Source: an uncultured Caproiciproducens sp. (GTDB taxonomy: Bacteria > Bacillota > Clostridia > Oscillospirales > Acutalibacteraceae). Taken from it: a stretch of DNA of 64,000 nt. This document shows positions 1-7,806 of this stretch, piece after piece; the first letter of the stretch is position 1, and each line of letters opens with the position of its first letter. The notes under the pieces were generated by a model. The model was not told the origin of the DNA, searched no databases, and worked only from the letters and a program-made list of their open reading frames with translations. Both the position numbers and the translations under genes were made by a program. Location: the NCBI GenBank assembly GCA_964517505.1, contig CAZFED010000004.1, positions 238,369-302,368 on the forward strand, written 5' to 3'.

Positions 1-6
1 TGCAAA

Positions 7-990
7 CTATTTGCGAATTAAATTTTTCTCCTGTGCCGACCTTTCCAGGTTTTTATCCATTGTCTGTGTCATATTGTCGGACTGCATGATTCCCATGACA
101 CATGCCCCCACAACCGGCTCATATTTGGCGCTGATGATATTGACATTGGGAGCGGACTGTTTGATAAGTTTTTTTACCATTACATTCAGCCTGTTATGCT
201 CCCCCTTGAAAACACTGCCGGCCAAAACAACGTCCACATGAGAAAGCAGCATATCCATTCGGTTTAATCCGGCAATTATATAATTACTCATTCTAATCGC
301 AAATTCATCCAGCAATTGCTGTGTCACAACATCCCCGTCCTCCGCAAGATCAACAATCTGTGGAACTAAAGGAATAATGCTGCCCATAAAGCCGCTGTTT
401 GTCACAGATTCATGAAGCAAATCATCTATGGTTTGTTCACCGGAAAAATCCATAAACAGCTTAGTTAGTTTGGTAGGAGGGCAAAAGCCCAGACGTGCAT
501 CAAAAACTTTTCTAAGCGCTCTTTGTGCCAGTGCACTGCCACCCTGCATGCCGTCTTCAATATAATATCCAAGTACAAACAGGCCGCCGTCCGGGCTTAT
601 TACCGCACCGTTCAAACCTGTTCCGGCGCACAGAATCGCACCACTGGTGTTTCTTGTACCGCCGTACATTGCAATCAGACAATCGTTATATACCCTGACA
701 TTTTGAACTCCAGTGGCTTTGCGCAGCGCGATTTCAAGCGGTGGGGTATCCTCCGGCCAATCCAGTCCGGTAATTCCCGCAACAACGCAATCGATATCCT
801 CCGGCTTAATTTGTGCCTGCTGCTCTGCTAATCGAACAGCATCAGCAACAAAAGACATTGCATAATCCAACCCGTCTTCAGGATAGTAAGCTCCTTTCAC
901 AAAGCTGGTACCGCAAATTACGCCTTCAGCATTCATGATTGCCGCAGCTGTCTTCGTCCCACCTTGATCAATTCCTAAAATGTAGTTCAA
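7..990 (-). CDS. BadF/BadG/BcrA/BcrD-type ATPase; putative N-acetylglucosamine/sugar kinase
   Basis: N-terminal actin-fold phosphate-1 motif 'LGIDQGGTKT' and overall ASKHA-fold pattern. Complete 327-aa ORF. Lies directly downstream of a sugar ABC importer. Confidence 0.6.
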   Translation of the reverse strand: MNYILGIDQGGTKTAAAIMNAEGVICGTSFVKGAYYPEDGLDYAMSFVADAVRLAEQQAQIKPEDIDCVVAGITGLDWPEDTPPLEIALRKATGVQNVRVYNDCLIAMYGGTRNTSGAILCAGTGLNGAVISPDGGLFVLGYYIEDGMQGGSALAQRALRKVFDARLGFCPPTKLTKLFMDFSGEQTIDDLLHESVTNSGFMGSIIPLVPQIVDLAEDGDVVTQQLLDEFAIRMSNYIIAGLNRMDMLLSHVDVVLAGSVFKGEHNRLNVMVKKLIKQSAPNVNIISAKYEPVVGACVMGIMQSDNMTQTMDKNLERSAQEKNLIRK

Positions 991-1045
991 AAGGTTCCCT
1001 CCAATATTTCATAGGATGCGGCAATTTCCACGCTCCACGAAAGAA

Positions 1046-2437
1046 TTATTTATTGGCGCTTTCAAGAATCTCTTTAAGCGTCGCATCGAGTTTGTCAGCA
1101 AGCGCCGGACAAACATCTGCAGCCTTGCTCTTGCCGTTTGTAACATTCGTTAATTCATTTTCCAGTAAATTATGGATTTGACCGGATCCTGTGATTAAAT
1201 GCTCAACATCCTCTACTCCATATTCCAATCCACCGGTGATAACGTTTTTCAGTTCCATAGGCTCAACATCTTTAAAGTAATTATAATATGTGTCAAGCGC
1301 CAGCGTACTTGAAGGAGGATTGCCTTCACTGTATTCGATCATTTTCTTCTGCATTTCCGGTTCTGCCATAAAGGAGATAAATTTAAAAGCTTCCTCTGGA
1401 TGCTTTGACCCTTTTAAAACAAAATACGGGTCGGTGAACAATACATCTCTTGCTTTTTCATTTCCGCCAACCGGGAGTGCTGCCACGCCAACACGGAACG
1501 GCAGATCATTCAAGCCGGAAAGGCCCCATGCGCCTTCCACTTCCATTGCAATTCTGCCGGTAAGCAGCGGATCAGTGTCGTTGCTGCCGGTCATCGCCTT
1601 TAAAGCGGCCGGATTTGGGCAAACGCCGTCTACAAACGCAAGATCGGAAATACGTTGATACGCAGCAATCACATCGTCTTTTGCCATGTTGCTGCTGGCG
1701 GCATAACCTTTTTTCTCACTATCCATATTGAACAAATGAGGTCCAAAATACTCAGTATCCTGCAGTGGGCTTTTTGCACTCCAGTCCCACTCCAGCCCAT
1801 AAATCGCATTGCCGCCCTTGCCAGACGTCAATTTTTTTGCATCTTCAACCATTTTGTCAAATGTCCAACTCTTGTCGGTATAATCTGAAGGCGGATACGC
1901 TACGCCTGCTTTATCAAAAAGATCTTTATTATAGATAAGAACGCTGGTAAAGGTGTTAAGCGGAATTCCGTATGTTTTTCCGTCCACAACCGCGGTTTCC
2001 ATAACATTTTCCGGAATGCCAAGCTTTTCATAGTCAAACTTGTATTTTTCAATATAAGGCGTTAAATCCGTAAGGAGTCCTTTGCTGTAAAAATCCATGA
2101 ATCCCATCAACTGAACATGTGTAGTTATATCCGGTGCGGTGCCGGAAGCGATAAGGGTTTGCAGCTTCGAATCAAACTGGTCATAGGGCACTGCGATAAC
2201 ATTAACCTTTATATTTGGGTTTCTACGGGTAAATTCATCGCCTAATTTGTCAAAATACGCCTTATCCGGTGAGTTAGTCTGCATAATCGTAATGGTTACC
2301 GGTTCCTCACTTTTGCCCCCCGCCGCCTCTGTGGTTTTTCCAGTACAGCCACTCATCATGCCCGCAGACAAGAGCGCTGCCATTGTAGCCGCCGTGACTG
2401 ATTTTAAAATTTTGTTCATAATAAAAGCCTCCTTCAT
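1046..2437 (-). CDS. Extracellular solute-binding lipoprotein of a carbohydrate ABC transporter (SBP family 1)
   Basis: Signal peptide followed by lipobox Cys ('LLSAGMMSGCTG'). About 460 aa, the typical size for sugar-binding proteins. Co-oriented with two MalFG-type permeases. Confidence 0.8.
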   Translation of the reverse strand: MKEAFIMNKILKSVTAATMAALLSAGMMSGCTGKTTEAAGGKSEEPVTITIMQTNSPDKAYFDKLGDEFTRRNPNIKVNVIAVPYDQFDSKLQTLIASGTAPDITTHVQLMGFMDFYSKGLLTDLTPYIEKYKFDYEKLGIPENVMETAVVDGKTYGIPLNTFTSVLIYNKDLFDKAGVAYPPSDYTDKSWTFDKMVEDAKKLTSGKGGNAIYGLEWDWSAKSPLQDTEYFGPHLFNMDSEKKGYAASSNMAKDDVIAAYQRISDLAFVDGVCPNPAALKAMTGSNDTDPLLTGRIAMEVEGAWGLSGLNDLPFRVGVAALPVGGNEKARDVLFTDPYFVLKGSKHPEEAFKFISFMAEPEMQKKMIEYSEGNPPSSTLALDTYYNYFKDVEPMELKNVITGGLEYGVEDVEHLITGSGQIHNLLENELTNVTNGKSKAADVCPALADKLDATLKEILESANK

Positions 2438-2460
2438 ATAATTACATCATAAATAGACTG

Positions 2461-3321
2461 TTATTCTTTAATACCGGTTGTCACTATTCCTTCAACAAAG
2501 TAACGCTGACAGAAAATAAACAGAAGAATACATGGTAATGCCGAATAAAGCGCTGCAACCATCATCGTATTCCAGGGAGGAAGTCGGAACTTGGATGTTA
2601 GACTGGACAGTAGGATCGGCAGTGTATACTTATCCATACTGCTTAAATAAATTACCGGGCTAAGCAAATCATCCCAGCTCCACATGAATGAAAAGATTGC
2701 TACCGTGGCAATTGCTGTCTTGGACAATGGAAGTGCAATTGTGAAAAAACATCTAAATTCACTGCAGCCATCAATTCTCGCAGCCTCAAACAGTTCATTG
2801 CTGATGGAGCCAAAGAACTGCTTGAGAAGAAAGATCATATAAGCAGAGCCGAAAAAGGAAGGAACAATCAGCGGAAGATATGTATTTACCCATCTTAAAT
2901 TATTAAACAATATATATTGCGGAATCATCACGGACGGGTAAGGAATCATCAAAGCTGACATTACAAGCATAAAAAGAATATTTTTGCCGTGCGCATTATA
3001 GCGGGAAAATCCAAAAGCCACAAGTGAAGAGGAAATAATTGTTCCCACCACAATAAAAAACGAAACAAACAAGCTGTTTAAAAAATAAGGAAGATAGTTC
3101 AGTTTATCAAAAACAGTAATCAAATTAGCAAAAACAAGTTGATGAGGTATAAAGGTAGGTGGATATTGAAAAATTTCTGAGGCTGGCTTCAGCGCTGTCG
3201 TAACCATTGTAAAGATAGGCAAAAGCATAATACAGGACAGGCAAACCAAGATTAAAAACACAAGGATAGACATAACCCGGGTTTTTGTTTTGTTGCCGTA
3301 GCGAACATATCCCTCCTTCAA
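2461..3321 (-). CDS. Carbohydrate ABC transporter permease (MalG-like)
   Basis: Six predicted TM segments and an EAA-like loop 'ELFEAARIDGCSEFRCFFTIALP'. Sits between a sugar-binding protein and a MalF-like permease. Confidence 0.8.
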   Translation of the reverse strand: MKEGYVRYGNKTKTRVMSILVFLILVCLSCIMLLPIFTMVTTALKPASEIFQYPPTFIPHQLVFANLITVFDKLNYLPYFLNSLFVSFFIVVGTIISSSLVAFGFSRYNAHGKNILFMLVMSALMIPYPSVMIPQYILFNNLRWVNTYLPLIVPSFFGSAYMIFLLKQFFGSISNELFEAARIDGCSEFRCFFTIALPLSKTAIATVAIFSFMWSWDDLLSPVIYLSSMDKYTLPILLSSLTSKFRLPPWNTMMVAALYSALPCILLFIFCQRYFVEGIVTTGIKE

Positions 3322-4202
3322 TTATTTTCACCTCCTTGATAATAAACATAGCGATTGGAAAACTTAAAGATAAACCATGTAATGAGCATAACTGCAATTA
3401 AAAGCATCCATGAAAGTGCGGAAGCATAACCCATTTTGAAATTCACAAATGCATTTTGATAAATATTGAACACGTAGAACATTGTTGCATAATGCGGCCC
3501 ACCTTTTGTCATAACAAATGCCTGAGTAAACACTTGGAAAGAATTGATGAGCCCGATAATAAGCTGGAAAAGGAAAATGGGCGAAATCATTGGCAGAGTA
3601 ACATTGCGCAGACGGTCAAACCAGTTGGCTCCGTCCAGCACCGAAGCCTCAATTAGGGACCTCGGAACCCCTTGCAGCGCGGCAAGGAAAAGTACCATTC
3701 CTTCCCCCGTCGTCCACAGGCTCATGATGATAAGAGATGGAACCGCCCAATTTTCATCCATCAACCATAGTGGGCCTTCCACATTCATCAGGGAGAGCAA
3801 ATAATTGGCAATTCCGAACTGAGGGTTAAAAATCCAACTCCAAAGCAGAGAAAGTGAAACACCGGAAATCATACTTGGCAAATACATGAATGTTCGAAAT
3901 GCACCCTTACAAGCTACGTTTGCATTTAATAACATTGCAAAAATAAGAGAAAGTAAAAGTCCAATGGGAACGCTGAGCAGAGTATAATAAAGTGTTACTT
4001 TAATTGAAGTTGCAAAAATCGGATCTTGAAACGCATAAATGTAGTTTGATAACCCCACAAAATTTGGAACATGGGTTGCATCATAGTCTGTCAAACTAAA
4101 GTAAAACGAGGAAGCAATCGGATACAAGGTAAAAATCAAGAATCCAATAATCCACGGAGAAATAAAAAGAAAGAAATTTCGGTTTTGTTCCTTTTTACTC
4201 AA
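3318..4202 (-). CDS. Carbohydrate ABC transporter permease (MalF-like)
   Basis: Multi-TM protein with EAA motif 'LIEASVLDGANWFDRLRNVTLP'. Overlaps the downstream permease by 4 nt, indicating translational coupling. Confidence 0.8.
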   Translation of the reverse strand: MSKKEQNRNFFLFISPWIIGFLIFTLYPIASSFYFSLTDYDATHVPNFVGLSNYIYAFQDPIFATSIKVTLYYTLLSVPIGLLLSLIFAMLLNANVACKGAFRTFMYLPSMISGVSLSLLWSWIFNPQFGIANYLLSLMNVEGPLWLMDENWAVPSLIIMSLWTTGEGMVLFLAALQGVPRSLIEASVLDGANWFDRLRNVTLPMISPIFLFQLIIGLINSFQVFTQAFVMTKGGPHYATMFYVFNIYQNAFVNFKMGYASALSWMLLIAVMLITWFIFKFSNRYVYYQGGENN

Positions 4203-4251
4203 GATATCATTCCTTTCATTGTAAAGTGGTAATACAAGAAGCGCATTGTTG

Positions 4252-4267
4252 TGTGTATCGATTTACA
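4252..4267. promoter_or_regulatory. Operator-like 16-mer TGTGTATCGATTTACA, copy 1 (upstream of the ABC operon, minus strand)
   Basis: Read directly. An imperfect palindrome around a central TCGA, with an ideal form of TGTAAATCGATTTACA. The same core recurs at 4408-4423 and 5524-5539. Confidence 0.5.
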
Positions 4268-4378
4268 ATTTATAAATATTTTATACCACAGACACATATG
4301 AATGTCAATAGATTTTACCAAAACAAGGCATAAATTTATAATAATAATGGTAATATTTCTATTATTCTATTCTCTGTC

Positions 4379-4406
4379 TTGACATTTCAAAAGAGTTTGT
4401 TATACT
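4379..4406 (+). promoter_or_regulatory. Sigma-A-type promoter of the LacI-family gene (TTGACA, 16 nt, TATACT)
   Basis: TTGACA at 4379-4384 and TATACT at 4401-4406 with a 16-nt spacer. Operator copy 2 lies immediately downstream at 4408-4423. Confidence 0.5.
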
Positions 4407-4407
4407 A

Positions 4408-4423
4408 TATTTATCGATTTACA
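4408..4423. promoter_or_regulatory. Operator-like motif copy 2 (core TATCGATTTACA) overlapping the start region of the LacI gene, suggesting autoregulation
   Basis: 12-nt core identical to copies 1 and 3. Positioned just after the -10 element. Confidence 0.45.
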
Positions 4424-4464
4424 CCATAATAATCCAGCTTATTCTCTACTTAGGATGTGGTTAT

Positions 4465-5466
4465 ATGCCTACAATCTCCGAAATCGCCCAAAAAGCAAAC
4501 GTTTCCAGAACCCTTGTTTCAAGGGTTCTGAATAACAAATCCGGCGTTAGCCCGGAAAACCGCGAACGTATTCTCGCCGTAATAAAAGAATGCAATTATG
4601 TTCCCAATGCACTGGCTCGTTCCCTTGTAATGCAAAAGACGCAAACCATTGGTGTTGTGATGGACGATTTGTGCGACAGCTTTTTCTTTGATTTGATCTC
4701 CGGATTGCAAGACTCGGGGGAACTGCTGGGTTACAATGTACTCTTTTGCAGCGGTCGCAGCAACATGGATATTAAACTAAAATATGTTGACTATTTTGCC
4801 CAAGGAAGAACCGATGGTGTAATTGCCTACGGCAGTAATCTAGTGGATGTTCAGCTTTTTCGCGACCTTGTATTAAAAGCCCCTAATTTTGTGCTGATTG
4901 AGGGTGACTTGCCCAATATTAAGATCAACAATGTCCAATTAAACAATTTCAGCGGCGCATACAGGGCCACTGAGCACCTGATAAAAATGGGTTATCATAA
5001 AATTATACATCTCACAGGCGACATGAACTACAAAGTTTCGCTGGATCGATTAAATGGTTTTGTAAAAGCAATGCGGGATTATTCCATACCTATTGAGCAA
5101 AACACGATTGTTTATGCTGATTTTGATGAGAAAATGGCTTATGAGCAAATGAACAAGTTGATTATAGACGGTAATATTCCGGACGCCTGCTTTGCCGGCG
5201 CAGACAAAAATGCTTTTGGTGTAATTCGCGCTATGTATGAGCACAATCTAAGTGCGCCATCCGACATCGCGATCATTGGCTTTGACGGTGATGAGCCGTC
5301 TACCCGTGACATTGTATTCCCTCAACTGACCACCATGCGCCAGCCCTTGTATGACATGGGCTTCGAAGGCATGAAGCTGCTCGTCGATTTAATTGAAAAC
5401 CCTCAAACAGAACCCCAGACCAAGATTTTTGAGCCGGAGTTTGTCATAAGGGATACCTGCAAGTAA
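4465..5466 (+). CDS. LacI-family transcriptional regulator
   Basis: N-terminal HTH 'TISEIAQKANVSRTLVSRVLNN' followed by a periplasmic-binding-fold sugar-sensor domain, 333 aa. Divergent from the ABC operon. Confidence 0.85.
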   Translation: MPTISEIAQKANVSRTLVSRVLNNKSGVSPENRERILAVIKECNYVPNALARSLVMQKTQTIGVVMDDLCDSFFFDLISGLQDSGELLGYNVLFCSGRSNMDIKLKYVDYFAQGRTDGVIAYGSNLVDVQLFRDLVLKAPNFVLIEGDLPNIKINNVQLNNFSGAYRATEHLIKMGYHKIIHLTGDMNYKVSLDRLNGFVKAMRDYSIPIEQNTIVYADFDEKMAYEQMNKLIIDGNIPDACFAGADKNAFGVIRAMYEHNLSAPSDIAIIGFDGDEPSTRDIVFPQLTTMRQPLYDMGFEGMKLLVDLIENPQTEPQTKIFEPEFVIRDTCK

Positions 5467-5485
5467 TCTTAATGTATGCATTTTA

Positions 5486-5517
5486 GAACACGCTCTAACA
5501 AGAGCGTTTCTATTTTC
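5486..5517 (+). terminator. Rho-independent terminator after the LacI gene
   Basis: Stem ACGCTCT/AGAGCGT with loop AACA, followed by TTTCTATTTT. Confidence 0.5.
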
Positions 5518-5523
5518 AAAATT

Positions 5524-5539
5524 TGTGTATCGATTTACA
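5524..5539. promoter_or_regulatory. Operator-like motif copy 3 (TGTGTATCGATTTACA), 40 nt upstream of the GH4 gene start
   Basis: Identical 16-mer to copy 1. An RBS AAAGGAG lies at 5564-5570. Confidence 0.5.
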
Positions 5540-5579
5540 ACCTATTTTTTAAATTAATTTTGAAAAGGAGTAATTAATT

Positions 5580-6905
5580 ATGACTGAAAGAGGCTTAAAA
5601 ATTGCGACAATTGGAGGAGGTTCCAGCTATACGCCGGAGTTAATCGAGGGATTCATCAATCGCTACGCCGAGTTGCCTGTCAAAGATATTTACTTGGTAG
5701 ACATTGAAGAAGGAAGAGAAAAGCTCGAAATTGTATCCGCACTGGCGGAAAGAATGGTCAAAAAAAGCGGCATTGATATGCGTATCCACCCAACGCTTGA
5801 CAGAGATGAAGCACTGAAAGATGCGGACTTTGTAACCACACAATTTCGTGTAGGACAGTTGGAAGCCAGAATCCGTGATGAAAAAATCCCTCTGCGCTAT
5901 AATGTAATTGGTCAGGAAACCACCGGAGCCGGCGGTTTTGCCAAAGCTCTGAGGACAGTCCCGGTTATTCTTGATATCTGTAAAGACATGGAGCGCCTCT
6001 GCCCCAATGCGTGGCTTATCAACTTTACCAATCCCTCGGGACTGGTAACCGAGGCTGTTCTAAAATATACAAATATAAAAGCAATTGGTCTGTGCAATGT
6101 TCCAATCGGCATGATGAATGATATTGCGGAAAAATATAAGGTATCCATTGACAAAGTGTTTGTTGACTTTGTCGGCATTAACCACTTGCTGTGGGGGCAA
6201 AAAGTCACAGTGGAAGGCAAAGACGTTACTGCTGAGTTGGTAGAGGCCGCCTCCAAAGACACCGAACAGGAAATTATGGCAAACATTCCAGATATTAAAG
6301 TCGCATCCGCGTTTATGGAATCGCTCAATATGCTGCCTATCGGCTATTTGAAATATTACTACCTCACCCCTGAAATGTTAGAAGAGTGTGTGAAAGACGC
6401 AAAGAGCAAGGGCGTAAGAGGCGAGGTTGTTAAAAAGATTGAAAAGGAATTATTCGAGCTCTACAAAGATCCGAATCTTTCAATTAAACCACCGCAACTG
6501 GCCGAAAGAGGCGGCGCACATTATTCCGATGCTGCGTGCTCTCTCATCAATTCCATTTACAACAATAAGGGCGACATGCAAATTGTAAATATTCGCAACA
6601 ACGGCACCAACCAGGACTTGCCGGATAACGTTGTTATTGAGCGCAACTGTATTATTGACAGTCAGGGCGCGCACCCGTTGTCATTAGGCCACACACCGCT
6701 GAAGGTAAGGGGCCTGTTACAGGTTGTAAAAGCCTATGAAGAGCTGACCATCGAAGCAGCGGTACACGGAGATTACAGCTCCGCACTGCAAGCCCTCACC
6801 ATTCACCCACTGATTCCATCCTCTACGATTGCTAAAAATCTACTGGATGATATTATTCGGGAAAACAGAGATTATCTGCCAGAATTCAAGGACTTAAATA
6901 TTTAA
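5580..6905 (+). CDS. Glycoside hydrolase family 4 (NAD+/Mn2+-dependent 6-phospho-beta- or alpha-glucosidase)
   Basis: N-terminal Rossmann signature 'KIATIGGGSSYTPELIEG' typical of GH4 enzymes (CelF/LicH/MalH type). 441 aa. Confidence 0.8.
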   Translation: MTERGLKIATIGGGSSYTPELIEGFINRYAELPVKDIYLVDIEEGREKLEIVSALAERMVKKSGIDMRIHPTLDRDEALKDADFVTTQFRVGQLEARIRDEKIPLRYNVIGQETTGAGGFAKALRTVPVILDICKDMERLCPNAWLINFTNPSGLVTEAVLKYTNIKAIGLCNVPIGMMNDIAEKYKVSIDKVFVDFVGINHLLWGQKVTVEGKDVTAELVEAASKDTEQEIMANIPDIKVASAFMESLNMLPIGYLKYYYLTPEMLEECVKDAKSKGVRGEVVKKIEKELFELYKDPNLSIKPPQLAERGGAHYSDAACSLINSIYNNKGDMQIVNIRNNGTNQDLPDNVVIERNCIIDSQGAHPLSLGHTPLKVRGLLQVVKAYEELTIEAAVHGDYSSALQALTIHPLIPSSTIAKNLLDDIIRENRDYLPEFKDLNI

Positions 6906-6938
6906 TCGTTCAATCAAGTTTATCATGGCAAAATTTAG

Positions 6939-6978
6939 GCCGGATGTTTCGTTTTACGAAATGTCCGGCTCTTTTTGC
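6939..6978 (+). terminator. Rho-independent terminator after the GH4 gene
   Basis: 13-bp stem GCCGGATGTTTCG/CGAAATGTCCGGC (two G-U pairs) followed by TCTTTTTGCTTTT. Confidence 0.55.
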
Positions 6979-7089
6979 TTTTATAAACAAACTTTTAAAG
7001 TTTAGTTTTGAAAATATTTGTCTTTTTAATATAAATTACTGCTTTTTGTTTTATAAGTATTTATGGAGAAACTATAAAACAGCCGATTT

Positions 7090-7806
7090 TTAATTTTCGT
7101 TTTCCTCTTGTATCCGAATCATGCGGTAGCCTACCCCGATATGAGTTTGAATATAGACAGGTTCAGATGTGTTTTTTTCAATTTTTTTACGAAGAGTTGC
7201 CATAAACACGCGAAGAGAAGGTATATCATACTCGGATGTATTTACCCATACCTCGCGCTGCATGTAGTTGTGTGTCAGTACTTTACCAACGTTTTTTGCG
7301 AGCAGGCAAAGCAGCTTATACTCGATTGGCGTAAGATGGATTTCCGTATCGTCCACAAACACACATCCGGCGGCATAGTCAATTTTGAGCCCACCGTTTT
7401 GGAATACTGCCGAATTTTTTGCTGCTGCACTGTTATCGTAGTTCATCTTGCGAACTGCCACACGGATACGAGCTAATAACTCATCTATACTGAAAGGTTT
7501 TGTCAAATAATCATCTGCCCCTGCGTCCAGGGCATCAATTTTATCTTTATCCTCACTTCTGGCACTTACGACAATGATAGGGTTATTTATCCATGAACGA
7601 ACTTTTATAATGATATCCACACCATCCATATCAGGCAGTCCCAAATCCAAAATTATAACATCCGGGTTTGCCGATACAGCCTGTAAAATTGCGGATTCTC
7701 CTGTTTCAGCCGTATGGAAGGTATAGCCATTTGCTTTCATGGTGGTGGTCATCAGGTTCCGCACTGCTTTATCATCTTCTACAATTAGAATTGATGTCTT
7801 ATTCAT
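7090..7806 (-). CDS. kdpE: KdpE, OmpR-family response regulator of the kdp system
   Basis: Receiver domain ('ILIVEDD', 'DLGLPDMDG') plus a winged-helix output domain. Immediately downstream of kdpD and overlapping it by 8 nt. Confidence 0.8.
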   Translation of the reverse strand: MNKTSILIVEDDKAVRNLMTTTMKANGYTFHTAETGESAILQAVSANPDVIILDLGLPDMDGVDIIIKVRSWINNPIIVVSARSEDKDKIDALDAGADDYLTKPFSIDELLARIRVAVRKMNYDNSAAAKNSAVFQNGGLKIDYAAGCVFVDDTEIHLTPIEYKLLCLLAKNVGKVLTHNYMQREVWVNTSEYDIPSLRVFMATLRKKIEKNTSEPVYIQTHIGVGYRMIRIQEENEN

